Positions 9,605 through 19,121 are shown, counted from the first letter of the stretch. The stretch is DNA of 64,000 nucleotides from an uncultured Gemmatimonadales bacterium (GCA_963708135.1 OY970192.1:320001-384000); one strand, 5' to 3'. The notes: generated from the letters alone by a model not told the origin. Numbers and translations: made by a program.

Positions 9605-9625
9605 TCTGCTCCGCCACGGCATGGC

Positions 9626-9721
9626 GGTTAACGTTTCCAGGTGAGCGACGCCCGCCGCATGGGGGGTGTCCCGTAGGGGCGTAGCGGCGAACGCCGCTTA
9701 GCCGCTCACCGTGTGTTATGT
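9626..9721. other. attC-like integron cassette recombination site
   Basis: GGTTAAC-gtttcca-GGTGAGCG...CGCTCACC-gtgt-GTTATGT; 96-bp imperfect palindrome with inner hairpin AGCGGCG-aa-CGCCGCT. Spacer asymmetry favours the minus orientation. Confidence 0.72.
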
Positions 9722-9752
9722 GAAGTCGCCCCTCTGCCCGGCTTCAATCGTG

Positions 9753-10079
9753 CTATCCGCCTACTATGTCGCGATTCGACGACTTGTATCGAGGAATCTT
9801 CTTCAAGATGTCGGCCTCGGCCTCTCGAGCGTGGTACAGATCCCATCGCAGCTGAAGGTTCATCCAGAAGTCCGTCAACGTGCCGAAGTAGGTCGATAGC
9901 CGCAGTGCAGTGCTCGGGGTCACTCCCCGTCGTCCGTTCACGATCTCGTTGACCCGCTGATACGGGACTGCGATCGCGTCGGCAAGCTCCCGCTGCGTCA
10001 GCTCCATCGGGCCGAGAAACTCCTCGAGGAGCATCTCCCCCGGGTGCGTCGGTCGGCAATGGGTCGGTACTCGGACCAT
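9753..10079 (-). CDS. higA: HigA antitoxin
   Basis: PTHPGEMLLEEFL..TQRELA..RVNEIVNGRRGVTPSTALRL..FWMNLQLRWDL. Confidence 0.93.
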   Translation of the reverse strand: MVRVPTHCRPTHPGEMLLEEFLGPMELTQRELADAIAVPYQRVNEIVNGRRGVTPSTALRLSTYFGTLTDFWMNLQLRWDLYHAREAEADILKKIPRYKSSNRDIVGG

Positions 10080-10087
10080 AGTATGCC

Positions 10088-10381
10088 TCAATGGTAGTCA
10101 ACGACTTCTACGTCTTCCGGTCCTGCGTCCGTCCATCGAAAACAGATCCGGTACTGGCTGTTGATTCGGATGCTGTGCTGACCGCGACGATCTCCCTTCA
10201 AGGCTTCCAATCGATTCCCTGGCGGAACTCGTAGGTCGTCCAACATCCCGGCCGAGTCAACCGCATCGAGCTTCACCGACGCCTTCTGCCACAGCGACAG
10301 TGGAAGCGCTTTCCGAGCTGCCTTCGTCGAACGACCGTAGAACAGATCCTCGGTCGCCGCATCCCGGAATGATCGAATCAT
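10088..10381 (-). CDS. higB: HigB toxin (RelE family)
   Basis: MIRSFRD..DLRVPPGNRLEALKGDRRGQHSIRINSQYRICFRW..VEVVDYH. Confidence 0.93.
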   Translation of the reverse strand: MIRSFRDAATEDLFYGRSTKAARKALPLSLWQKASVKLDAVDSAGMLDDLRVPPGNRLEALKGDRRGQHSIRINSQYRICFRWTDAGPEDVEVVDYH

Positions 10382-10382
10382 C

Positions 10383-10415
10383 TAGCATGATAGCACGGCA
10401 CCCATGCTACGACAA
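10383..10415 (-). promoter_or_regulatory. higBA promoter (likely leaderless) with operator
   Basis: TTGTCG-17nt-TATCAT ending 5 nt before the ATG, no SD; inverted repeat TAGCATG...CATGCTA at 10383-10409. Confidence 0.65.
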
Positions 10416-10470
10416 GTCAGGTGGGGGTCTCTCAACCGCAGCGGATTCAGCGGCCTCCGGGCGATTTCAA

Positions 10471-12231
10471 CCTCCCGTATTCACCACGCGTAGGTTGAGC
10501 CGATTGAGCGCGTGATTTGGAATTCGGCGGCGGCGTGCGTGGCGCCCGGGCTGATTACGGGGACAGCCCCCCTTTCCCCCGGCGCGCCGCCGACGGCTCC
10601 GTGCTCCGATCGCTCCCCGCCCGAGAAGGCCTACGCTGGAGTGGGCAGGGCCAGGGCGGCGGGGGAGCCGCGGGCCGAGTAGCGCCGGCTCATTTCTCGC
10701 CAGAAGCGCTGCCACAGGTGCGCGCGGCCCGCGTCGATGACGAGCGTGAGTCGTCGGCCGCTCACCAGCACGCGTCCCGCCGCTTTGAGCACGAGTTGGC
10801 GGAAGCGCTGGCGGGTCATGACCTGACGTTCGCCGCACGAGACCAGTTCTGCGCCAGCTCTCAGCAGGTTGGCCGCGATGAGGCTCAGCAGCAGGCGCGC
10901 CTCGTTGGCGCCGAAGCTGTCGGTGTCGGGCTCGGGCGTGGCGACGCTCCGCCCGCGGTAGTGCTTCTTGGGCCGCGGCGCCGACGAGAGCGCCAGCGCC
11001 AGCGTGCTTTTCCAGTCCCCGAACTCCCGCTCGGCTTCTCCCCGCGCCCGGTAGCGCTCCAGCAGCGCCGGGCCGTCTACCTCTTCGGTGCTCGCGTTCG
11101 TGAGCAGGAAAAAATGGTCGAGGAACAGCTCCCCCTGCTCGTCCGAGCGCTCCAGCATCACGAGCACCACCCGGCGCGCATGGTCCCAGCGCCCGGCAGC
11201 ATAGGTCAGCTCGTGCGTCCAGATCCGACCTTCGGCCGGCGGGTGTCCAGGCGGCCGCTTCAGGTACGGCGCCGCGAGTCTCTCCAGGCGTGCATTCCCA
11301 CGCAGCCGGGCCACGTAGCGCACGCCCTCGTCCTCCAGCGTGGCCAGCAACTCGTTCTCCGGGAATCCCGCATCCATGCGCAGCCACACCTGCTCCGCCT
11401 GCGTCTTCGCCCAGAGCACCGCGGGGACCACAAAGCCCAGCGCGCCTTGCGCCGTGTGCGCGTTTCCCTCTCGCAGCTCGGCCGCCAGGAAGTCTCCCAA
11501 CTCCCAGCGCAGCACCAGCGGGTGGTAGCAGCAGCAGCCATAGTGCGCGTTCCACGAGCTGCCCGGCTGCAGCCCGTGCACTTCGACCGGCAGCGAATCC
11601 AGATCCAGCGTGACCTCCGCAACGCGCGGCGCGTTCCGGCCCCGCCGCCGCTCCGCACCCCGCAGCAGGAGCGTGGAAAGGCCCTGCCGGTTTCCCGGGT
11701 CGGCCAGCACCGCCAGGAGCCGCGACAGGGTTGGCTGAGAGGCCAGCCCGGAGGCCGCGCCCGCAGCCCCACCCCGCACCGGCGCCGTCCCCCGGCGCCG
11801 CGACACGGCCACGCGCAGCGCCGGATCGGCGCGCAGCAGGTCCGCATCCCGCTGGTCCGTCCATCCCTGCGCCAGCAGGAGCACCTGCGTGAGCATCAGC
11901 TCGAGGAAGTCGTGCGTGATCCGCGCGGGGTCGCGCGGGTCGTGCAGGTGGTGGTGGACCAGCGCCGGGAAGCCCAGCCGCTCCAGCAGCGCACGCAACA
12001 GCACCGCGCCCGCGTCCGAGGTCAGCCGCTCCGGTCGCGCCTCCACGCCCATCGAACGGTTGAAATCCAGCCGGAAAAGTGTACCTTGTTCTTCACCCAT
12101 GGCGTGTTTGTCGTGTGGTCCGGAAGGATGGTTTGGTTTGCACCCCCATCTTACGGTCACACAGGCAGATGCGCCATGGGCGCTTACGCCCTACACAACC
12201 CCTCCACTAACCCGCTCGTGAATACGGCAGG
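10471..12231 (-). mobile_element. IS1380-family insertion sequence
   Basis: Terminal IR CCT(C/G)CCGTATTCAC, 13/14 match (10471-10484 and 12218-12231); flanks TTCAA / TTCAC (near-perfect target duplication). Confidence 0.88.
10631..12100 (-). CDS. IS1380-family DDE transposase
   Basis: LTSDAGAVLL, LDLDS..VHGLQ..NAHY..CYHPL, LREGNAHT, LRMDAGF, YRARGEAE. Confidence 0.92.
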   Translation of the reverse strand: MGEEQGTLFRLDFNRSMGVEARPERLTSDAGAVLLRALLERLGFPALVHHHLHDPRDPARITHDFLELMLTQVLLLAQGWTDQRDADLLRADPALRVAVSRRRGTAPVRGGAAGAASGLASQPTLSRLLAVLADPGNRQGLSTLLLRGAERRRGRNAPRVAEVTLDLDSLPVEVHGLQPGSSWNAHYGCCCYHPLVLRWELGDFLAAELREGNAHTAQGALGFVVPAVLWAKTQAEQVWLRMDAGFPENELLATLEDEGVRYVARLRGNARLERLAAPYLKRPPGHPPAEGRIWTHELTYAAGRWDHARRVVLVMLERSDEQGELFLDHFFLLTNASTEEVDGPALLERYRARGEAEREFGDWKSTLALALSSAPRPKKHYRGRSVATPEPDTDSFGANEARLLLSLIAANLLRAGAELVSCGERQVMTRQRFRQLVLKAAGRVLVSGRRLTLVIDAGRAHLWQRFWREMSRRYSARGSPAALALPTPA

Positions 12232-12249
12232 TTCACATAACATCCAGTC

Positions 12250-13575
12250 CAGTAGTGTCCCGTCATAAGTCAAAGAGCTGCAACTGGTTACGAATATCGG
12301 CGTCTGTGGCAGCGTAGCCGGGTGTCGCAAGTACCTGTGGGAGCGAGACTTGCTCGAACGGACAGACGCTCAGGATCTGGAGCAAAGTGTAGAGGTCGCG
12401 CTGGATGTGCAGCCGTTTTCTCACGATTGCGACGAGCACGTACACACTGATCGCGATCCAGATTTGCGTCCGCACGGCGTTGGGGCTCGTTCCATAGAAG
12501 CGCTTGATCCGCAGGTGCTGCTTGATCCACTTGAAGAAGAGCTCGATTTGCCAGCGGCACCGGTACAGGCCGGCGACTGTGGCCGCCGGGAGGAGGAAAT
12601 CGTTGGTCAGTAGCACGACCTCGTTGCCGGTGTCGGGATCCCGCGAGCGGATGCGGCGGAGCTTGTCCGGGTAGGCCTGAGCCGAGCGCTGGACCGTCAG
12701 GCGGATCGTCTGATCGCAGCGGAGTGCGGTGGTCCGGTCCACGGGATGCGAGTAGAGCCGGCGGAACTGGAGGTTGGCCTTCGCGCGCACGATAAACGTC
12801 GTACGGGCGCGGTGTAAGCGGTGAAGCCGTCCGAAGTCGATGTAGCCGCGGTCCATGATGTAGATGGCACCCGGTTCGGGCACGAGCACGTCGAGAATGC
12901 GCACGTCGTGCGTCTTCGCGTCCGTAATCCAAGCGTACGAGGGAATGCTGCCGGCCAGCTGCAGTAGGGTGTGCAGCTTGACGCCCGCCTTCGTGGTGCG
13001 GAAGTGCGCCCAAGGGAAGAGCGAGAGAGCCAGATCGATCGTCGTGGCATCGAGCGCGTAGGCGGTCCGGTCGAGCTCGAGGCCGATCGGTTCGTCCACG
13101 TAGAGCTGGCAAGCGCTCGAGATGAGGGGCTGAGCGAAATCGGCGTAGATCCGCCAGTCGCGCTTCTCGTTCGCCACCGCCAGGGTGTTTCGGGCCACAC
13201 CGCCGCCGAGGCCCATGTGGTACAACTTGTCGGGCACGGCGCGGAAGCATGCTTCGATGTCGCGCAGGCTTTCGCGGTAGGTGAGCTGAGCGAAGGCCAT
13301 GCAGAGGTACTGGTGCCAGCACGTGAAGCTGCGCACCCGTCGATCGCCGTGGTAGCGCCGGACGGCGCGGCGGAAGGTGTGCCGCGGCAGGTGAGCCATG
13401 AGCTGAGCGAAGACGGTCGGTCCGGTGTACATCGGCCACTCCCGGAGTGCAGGGAAGCGGCACGATGGACCGGGCAGAACGCGCGCTCAAGTCCGTGACA
13501 CCTGCGAACGTGGCGCAAGCCATTGGTGTTCAGGCACTTGCAGCATCAGAAACATCCGTTAACGGGACAGTAGTG
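12250..13575 (-). mobile_element. IS4-family insertion sequence (1326 bp)
   Basis: IRs CAGTAGTGTCCCGTCA / CACTACTGTCCCGTTA; perfect 8-bp target duplication ATCCAGTC at 12242-12249 and 13576-13583. Confidence 0.93.
12263..13432 (-). CDS. IS4-family transposase (DUF4372 + DDE_Tnp_1)
   Basis: FAQLTYRESLRDIE, LDATTIDL, MDRGYIDF, YRCRWQIELFFKWIKQHL. Confidence 0.95.
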   Translation of the reverse strand: MYTGPTVFAQLMAHLPRHTFRRAVRRYHGDRRVRSFTCWHQYLCMAFAQLTYRESLRDIEACFRAVPDKLYHMGLGGGVARNTLAVANEKRDWRIYADFAQPLISSACQLYVDEPIGLELDRTAYALDATTIDLALSLFPWAHFRTTKAGVKLHTLLQLAGSIPSYAWITDAKTHDVRILDVLVPEPGAIYIMDRGYIDFGRLHRLHRARTTFIVRAKANLQFRRLYSHPVDRTTALRCDQTIRLTVQRSAQAYPDKLRRIRSRDPDTGNEVVLLTNDFLLPAATVAGLYRCRWQIELFFKWIKQHLRIKRFYGTSPNAVRTQIWIAISVYVLVAIVRKRLHIQRDLYTLLQILSVCPFEQVSLPQVLATPGYAATDADIRNQLQLFDL

Positions 13576-13797
13576 ATCCAGTCAACGAATTTCGCTCTTG
13601 CGGCGTTTCAACGAATTCGTTAACCGCGAGCGTTCCGACTGTAATCCGCACCTCCTCGCCGGTCAATGGAATTCCCACTCCCATCGGCGCTCGGGCGTCC
13701 GTCGCCCGCCTGCCATTGCCCCCCGCCCCCCGCCACCCTACCATCCCCCGACCGCCCCTCCGCGGGCAGGCATCCTCGACAACCAGGCAATTCCGCG

Positions 13798-16700
13798 ATG
13801 ATCGATCTCCCGAGCCGGCGCCGCACGGCGCCCGCCCTCGCCGCGTGCGCCGCCGCGCTGACCCTCGCCCTCGCCTCCGCCTCAGCCCACGCCCAGGCGC
13901 CCGTCCCTCGCCGGGCGCGGGCCGCGGGTAGCGTCCGGGCGCCACTGGCCGCTCCCGCCGCGCAGGCCGCGGGTAGCGCCCACACGGAGCACGCCCTCGC
14001 GCGGGCCGCGGGTAGCGCCCAGGCCGCCCCCGCCCAGCTCCCCGCCGCCGCGCTCTCCGGGCTCCGCTGGCGCCTCATCGGCCCGTTCCGCGCCGGGCGC
14101 GCCCTCTCCGCCGCGGGGGTCCCGGGAAACAGCTCCACCTTCTTCTTCGGCGCCGTCGCCGGCGGCGTCTGGAAGACGGTGAACGCCGGCGTCACGTGGG
14201 AGCCGATCTTCGACGGACAGCCGATCGCCGGCGTGGGGGCGCTCGCCGTGGCGGCGTCCGACACGAACGTCATCTACGTCGGCACGGGCGAGGCCGACAT
14301 GCGGTCGGACATCACGTACGGCAACGGCGTCTACAGGACCAGCGATGGCGGAAAGACCTGGCAGCACGTCGGGCTCGACGATACGCGCCACATCGGCAGG
14401 ATCCTGATCGACCCGAAGGACCCGAACACCGTCCTCGTCGCGGCGCTGGGACACGCCTACGGGTCGAACGACGACCGTGGCGTGTACCGATCGACGGATG
14501 GTGGAGAGACGTGGACCAGGACGCTGTTCCGGAACGACAGCACCGGCGCCGTGGACCTCGCCTGGGACCCCGCGTCGCCCGACGTCGTCTACGCGACGCT
14601 GTGGAACGCCCACCGCACGCCGTGGAGCCAGTACCCGCCGGACGAGGGGGCGGGAAGCGGGATCTGGAAGTCGGAGGACGAGGGGCGCACGTGGACGGAG
14701 ATCACGGCGTCGCCTGGATTGCCGTCCGGCAAGCTCGGGCGCATCGGCGTGGCCACGGCGGAGGGCGGGCGGCGCGTCTACGCCATCATTGAAGCCACCA
14801 AAGGCGCCGGGCTGTACCGCTCCGACGACGGCGGCGCGCACTGGCGCTTCCTCTCGGACGACTCGCGCATCACCACGCGGGGCTGGTACTTCGGGCGGGT
14901 GTTCGTGGACCCGTCGAACCCGGACATCGTCTACATGCCGAACCGCGGCATCGTGCGCTCGAAGGACGGCGGCCGCACGCTCGAGACCATCAAGGGCGAG
15001 CCGGGCGGCGACGACTACCACTACGTCTGGATCGACCCGAAGGACGGGACGCACATCATCCAGGCGTCGGACCAGGGCACCAACATCTCGCTCGATGACG
15101 GCGCCACCTGGTCGAGCTGGTACAACCAGCCCACGGCGCAGTTCTACCACGTGGTGACCGACGACCGCTTCCCGTACTGGGTCTACGGCGCGCAGCAGGA
15201 CGCGGGCACGGTGGGCATCGCCAGCCGCAGCGACTACGGCCAGCTCACCTTCCGCGACTGGATGCCCGTCGGCGCGGGCGAGGCGGGCTTCATCGCGCCC
15301 GATCCGGCAGACCCGGACATCATCTACGGCGGCGACACCTACGGCGCCGTCTACCGCTTCGACAGGCGGACCGGCCAGCGGCAGGACATCTCGCCGACGC
15401 CGGCCACCTCGTTCGACACGCCCATGAACCTGCGCTCGCACCGCTTCACCTGGACCTCGCCGATCGTGTTCGATCCGTTCGACCCGAAGACGATCTACCT
15501 GGGCGCGGAGCGGGTGCTGAAGACGACGGATGGCGGGCTCCACTGGACGGCGGCGAGCCCGGACGTCACGGGCGCGACCGAGGCGGCCCGCAAGCAGGCG
15601 GGGCCGCTGACGGTGGAGAACGCGGGCCCGCGCGGCCACGGCGTCGTCTACACCATCGCTCCCTCGCCCGCCCGCGAGGGCGTGATCTGGGCGGGGACCG
15701 ATGTCGGGAAGATCCAGCTCACGCAGGACGGCGGGAAGACGTGGAGGGACGTGACGCCGCCGGGGCTCGGCCCGTGGAGCAAGATCAGCCTGATCGACGC
15801 CGCGCATGGCGACGCCGCCACCGCCTACGCCGCCGTGGACCGCCACCGCCTCGACGACCTCACGCCGCTCATCTACCGCACCCACGACGCGGGCGCGCAC
15901 TGGACGAAGATCACCGACGGCATCCCGCGAGGCGCGTTCGTGCGCGCGGTCCGCGCGGATCCGGTGCAGCCGGGGCTCCTCTACGCGGGCACCGAGCTCG
16001 GCGTCTACGTCTCCTTCGACGACGGCGCGCGCTGGCAGCCGCTGCAGCTGAACCTCCCGACCGTGCCGGTCCGCGACCTGGCCATCCACGGCGCGGACCT
16101 CATCGCCGCCACGCACGGCCGGAGCTTCTGGGTCCTGGACGACGTGGCGCCGCTGCGGCAGCTCGCGGCGGGCAGCGTCGCCGCGGAGCCGTTTCATCTG
16201 TTCGCGCCGGAGCCCGCGTTCCGGCTGCGCCGCAGCAACAACCGGGACACGCCGCTGCCGCCCGAGGAGCCGCACGGCCAGAACCCGCCCGCCGGCGCCA
16301 TCCTCGACTGGTGGCTGAAGGACGCCGCGGCCGGGCCGGCCACGCTCGTGATCACCGATTCCGCAGGCGACGTCGTACGGACGATCACCGGCGCCGACAC
16401 CCCGCCCCCGTACTCCGAGATCCCGTTCTTCACGACCGAGTGGCTGCCGCGGCCGCAGCCGCTCACCACGCACGCGGGCGTGAACCGCTTCGTCTGGGAC
16501 CTGCGCTATCCGCGGCCGCCGGCGTCGAGCTACAGCTACAGCATCTCCGCCATCCCGGGGGAGGGAACCGTGGCGGAGCCGGAGGGGCCGCTCGTCGCGC
16601 CCGGCACCTTCACCGTGAAGCTGACCATCGGCGGCAAGACGGAGACCCGGCGGCTGGTGGTGAAGCCGGACCCGCGCGTCCACGTGCCGGACAGCGTCTT

Positions 16701-17097
16701 CGCCATCCAGCTCGCCGCCGCGAAGCAGATCGTGGCCGACATGAAGGAGGGCGCCGCGGCGGCCCGAGAGATCGCCCCCGTCCGCGCGCGACTCGACTCG
16801 CTGCGCGCGGCGAAGCTCCCCGCGGACGCGGCGCGGCGGGTGGAGGCGCTCGCCGGCCACCTGTCCCTGATCCAGCCCGCCGCCCTGGCGGATCGCATGG
16901 GGGGGCTGCTCACCGTCGTGGAGGGGGCGGACCGCGTGCCGCCCGACCAGGTACGCGTCGCCTACACGAACCTGCACGCCCGCCTGGGCGTCGAGATCGC
17001 CCGCTGGAACCACCTGAAGCGGACCGAGCTGCCGGGGCTCGACGCGGCGCTGAAGAAGGCCGGCGTGCGGGGGATCGAGGTGGCCAGAGGGCAATGA
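13798..17097 (+). CDS. secreted VPS10/BNR (Asp-box) repeat beta-propeller, glycosyl hydrolase-like
   Basis: Signal peptide; LRWRLIGPFRAGR; many SxDGGxTW repeats. Confidence 0.9.
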   Translation: MIDLPSRRRTAPALAACAAALTLALASASAHAQAPVPRRARAAGSVRAPLAAPAAQAAGSAHTEHALARAAGSAQAAPAQLPAAALSGLRWRLIGPFRAGRALSAAGVPGNSSTFFFGAVAGGVWKTVNAGVTWEPIFDGQPIAGVGALAVAASDTNVIYVGTGEADMRSDITYGNGVYRTSDGGKTWQHVGLDDTRHIGRILIDPKDPNTVLVAALGHAYGSNDDRGVYRSTDGGETWTRTLFRNDSTGAVDLAWDPASPDVVYATLWNAHRTPWSQYPPDEGAGSGIWKSEDEGRTWTEITASPGLPSGKLGRIGVATAEGGRRVYAIIEATKGAGLYRSDDGGAHWRFLSDDSRITTRGWYFGRVFVDPSNPDIVYMPNRGIVRSKDGGRTLETIKGEPGGDDYHYVWIDPKDGTHIIQASDQGTNISLDDGATWSSWYNQPTAQFYHVVTDDRFPYWVYGAQQDAGTVGIASRSDYGQLTFRDWMPVGAGEAGFIAPDPADPDIIYGGDTYGAVYRFDRRTGQRQDISPTPATSFDTPMNLRSHRFTWTSPIVFDPFDPKTIYLGAERVLKTTDGGLHWTAASPDVTGATEAARKQAGPLTVENAGPRGHGVVYTIAPSPAREGVIWAGTDVGKIQLTQDGGKTWRDVTPPGLGPWSKISLIDAAHGDAATAYAAVDRHRLDDLTPLIYRTHDAGAHWTKITDGIPRGAFVRAVRADPVQPGLLYAGTELGVYVSFDDGARWQPLQLNLPTVPVRDLAIHGADLIAATHGRSFWVLDDVAPLRQLAAGSVAAEPFHLFAPEPAFRLRRSNNRDTPLPPEEPHGQNPPAGAILDWWLKDAAAGPATLVITDSAGDVVRTITGADTPPPYSEIPFFTTEWLPRPQPLTTHAGVNRFVWDLRYPRPPASSYSYSISAIPGEGTVAEPEGPLVAPGTFTVKLTIGGKTETRRLVVKPDPRVHVPDSVFAIQLAAAKQIVADMKEGAAAAREIAPVRARLDSLRAAKLPADAARRVEALAGHLSLIQPAALADRMGGLLTVVEGADRVPPDQVRVAYTNLHARLGVEIARWNHLKRTELPGLDAALKKAGVRGIEVARGQ

Positions 17098-17202
17098 AGA
17101 GCCGACGTTTCGTTGCCGCCGCGAAGGGTGAAAGGAGTAGCTCGATCGAGGCGTCGGCGCTGAAGAGCACTTGTAGGGTGTGCACCGCAGGGCCGTGAAG
17201 GG

Positions 17203-17740
17203 ATGGGACGACCGATGTCGTTTCTCGATGACACGTCGGACTTGTCGTGGACGATCTATAGGGAGGCTGACCGTGCCGAAGCGCGTCGCTTCCTCCAAGA
17301 TATGATCGGCACACATCATCCGGACTGGCTCGAACGGCCTGTTGGGCCTCTAGGTCTCCAGTGGACATCCGGCGGGCCTGCACCAGCCTGCGAAGTCATC
17401 GCGGTATGCCGAACTCGGTGTGGGTGCGCTCTTCGCAACGCGCGCCGGGCCTGTGTCTCTCGATCCCTTGGTTCCGAGCGAACTGATCAATGATCCCCAC
17501 AGGCGCCCGCGGTCTCCCGACTTCGGTATCCGCCTCCCCGACGCGGACGTCCTCATCGAAGTTACCACTTTCCACTCCGACGTACTCGGCCCGCGGATGC
17601 CTGCACCCGTTTCATTCGTTCAGTTGGTGGACGCGGGCGCGTCGTTCCGGGACGGTAAGCCGACGCCTTCCGGCTGAGGAAGGTCGAAGAAGGACACCCC
17701 AGAGCCAGTTGATGGGGCGGTGTGGGCTAATGCCTTGAAG
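17203..17740 (+). pseudogene. fragmented lower-GC gene, possibly PD-(D/E)xK nuclease-like
   Basis: Broken frames 17203-17493 and 17420-17677; SPDFGIRLPDADVLIEVT; atypical composition. Confidence 0.4.
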
Positions 17741-17858
17741 ACGAATGGGAGGTGCGGGGCTTCGGCGGTTTCCCCCATCAGCGTTTCCGGAGGGACAAAC
17801 GCTCCGGCCTCTTTCGTTCGCGCCGAGATGCCTCTGTCCGTCCCAGGGTAGGCCGGAA

Positions 17859-17902
17859 TTGTCATTCACGGCATGAATGATTATCATTCACGTCATGAAT
17901 GG
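17859..17902 (+). promoter_or_regulatory. promoter overlaid by two tandem palindromes
   Basis: TTGTCA-17nt-TATCAT-7nt-ATG; TCATTCACG(G/T)CATGAATG twice at 22-bp period (17862, 17884). Confidence 0.75.
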
Positions 17903-19121
17903 ATCACCCCTGCCCCGACTCGCCCAGGCCGCCGTGGCGGCGGCGCTGCGCGCCATGCCCGCGGTGGTGGTTACGGGCGCGCGACAGACGGGGAAGAGCA
18001 CCCTGGTCCGTGCGCTCGAGCCCGGGCCTGATCGTCCGTACTTCACCCTGGACGACCTGGATGTTCGGGACCAGGCGCTACGGGACCCGGAGGCGCTGGT
18101 CGGGCGGACAGAGCGGATGACGCTGGACGAGGTGCAGCGCGCGCCGGACCTGCTGGTGGCGGTGAAGCGGGCCATCGATGAGCGGCGGGAACCGGGCCGC
18201 TTCGTGCTCACCGGCTCGGCGAACCTGCTGCTCATGAAGGCGGTGAGCGAGTCGCTCGCCGGCCGCGCCACATACATCACGCTGCGGCCGATGACGCGGC
18301 GGGAGCAGCGGGGGCTGGGACGAGCCGGGCTCTGGCGTGAGCTGCTGGAGTCCAGGGAGAAGGACTGGCCGGCCGTCCTGGCGCGCCACGACGCGGGCCG
18401 CGAGGACTGGCGCGCGCTCGCGCGGCGCGGCGGCTATCCCACGCCGGCCGTCGCCATGCGGTCCGCGGAGCAGCGGGCGTACTGGTTCGACGGCTACGTG
18501 GCGACGTATCTCGAGCGGGACCTGCGGGAGCTGTCCGCGATCTCCTCGCTTCCGGACTTCCGGCGCCTCATGGGCGCGGCCTGCCACCGGCTGGGGCAGC
18601 TCGTGAACCAGACGGAGCTCGGGCGGGATGTGGCGTTGCCGCAGCCGACGGTGCACCGCTGGCTGGCGCTGCTGGAGACCTCCTACCAGCTCGTGCCGCT
18701 GCCGGCGTTCAGCGTGAACCGCACGAAGCGGCTGATCAAGACGCCGAAGCTCTACTGGGGCGACACGGGGCTCGCCCTCCACCTCGCCGGCGGCATCGAG
18801 CCCTCGGGCGCCCACCTGGAGAACCTCGTGCTCCTCGACCTCCTGGCCTGGCGTGACACGGTGCCCTCGCCGATCGGTGTCTTCTACTGGCGCACGGCGT
18901 TGGGGCAGGAGGTCGACCTGGTGGTGGAAGCCGGCCGGGAGCTCCTCCCCATCGAGCTCAAGGCGACGGGCCGGCCGCGCGTCCCGGACGCCGATGCGCT
19001 GCGCAGCTTCCGCAGGGAATACGGCGACCGTGCGCGTGCCGGGCTCCTGCTCCACGGCGGCGCCACGATCGAATGGCTGGCGCCGGATGTCCTGGCGGCG
19101 CCGTGGTGGGCGGTGGTGTGA
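17895..19121 (+). CDS. AAA_14 ATPase + HTH + DUF4143 nuclease-like protein
   Basis: Walker A GARQTGKST, LDEVQRAP, LTGSA, GGYP, KTPKLYWGDTG, EVDLVVE..PIELK. Confidence 0.92.
   Translation: MNGSPLPRLAQAAVAAALRAMPAVVVTGARQTGKSTLVRALEPGPDRPYFTLDDLDVRDQALRDPEALVGRTERMTLDEVQRAPDLLVAVKRAIDERREPGRFVLTGSANLLLMKAVSESLAGRATYITLRPMTRREQRGLGRAGLWRELLESREKDWPAVLARHDAGREDWRALARRGGYPTPAVAMRSAEQRAYWFDGYVATYLERDLRELSAISSLPDFRRLMGAACHRLGQLVNQTELGRDVALPQPTVHRWLALLETSYQLVPLPAFSVNRTKRLIKTPKLYWGDTGLALHLAGGIEPSGAHLENLVLLDLLAWRDTVPSPIGVFYWRTALGQEVDLVVEAGRELLPIELKATGRPRVPDADALRSFRREYGDRARAGLLLHGGATIEWLAPDVLAAPWWAVV

Larger units (their letters stand above)
12232..13638. other. attC-like site interrupted by IS4
   Basis: With IS4 removed the site reads ACATAAC-atcca-GTCAACGAATTTCG-17nt-CGAATTCGTTAAC-cgcgagc-GTTCCGA. 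Confidence 0.68.

Noticed and set aside
17095..17176. Possible additional attC site
   Set aside because: No AAC/GTT core boxes at proper spacing.
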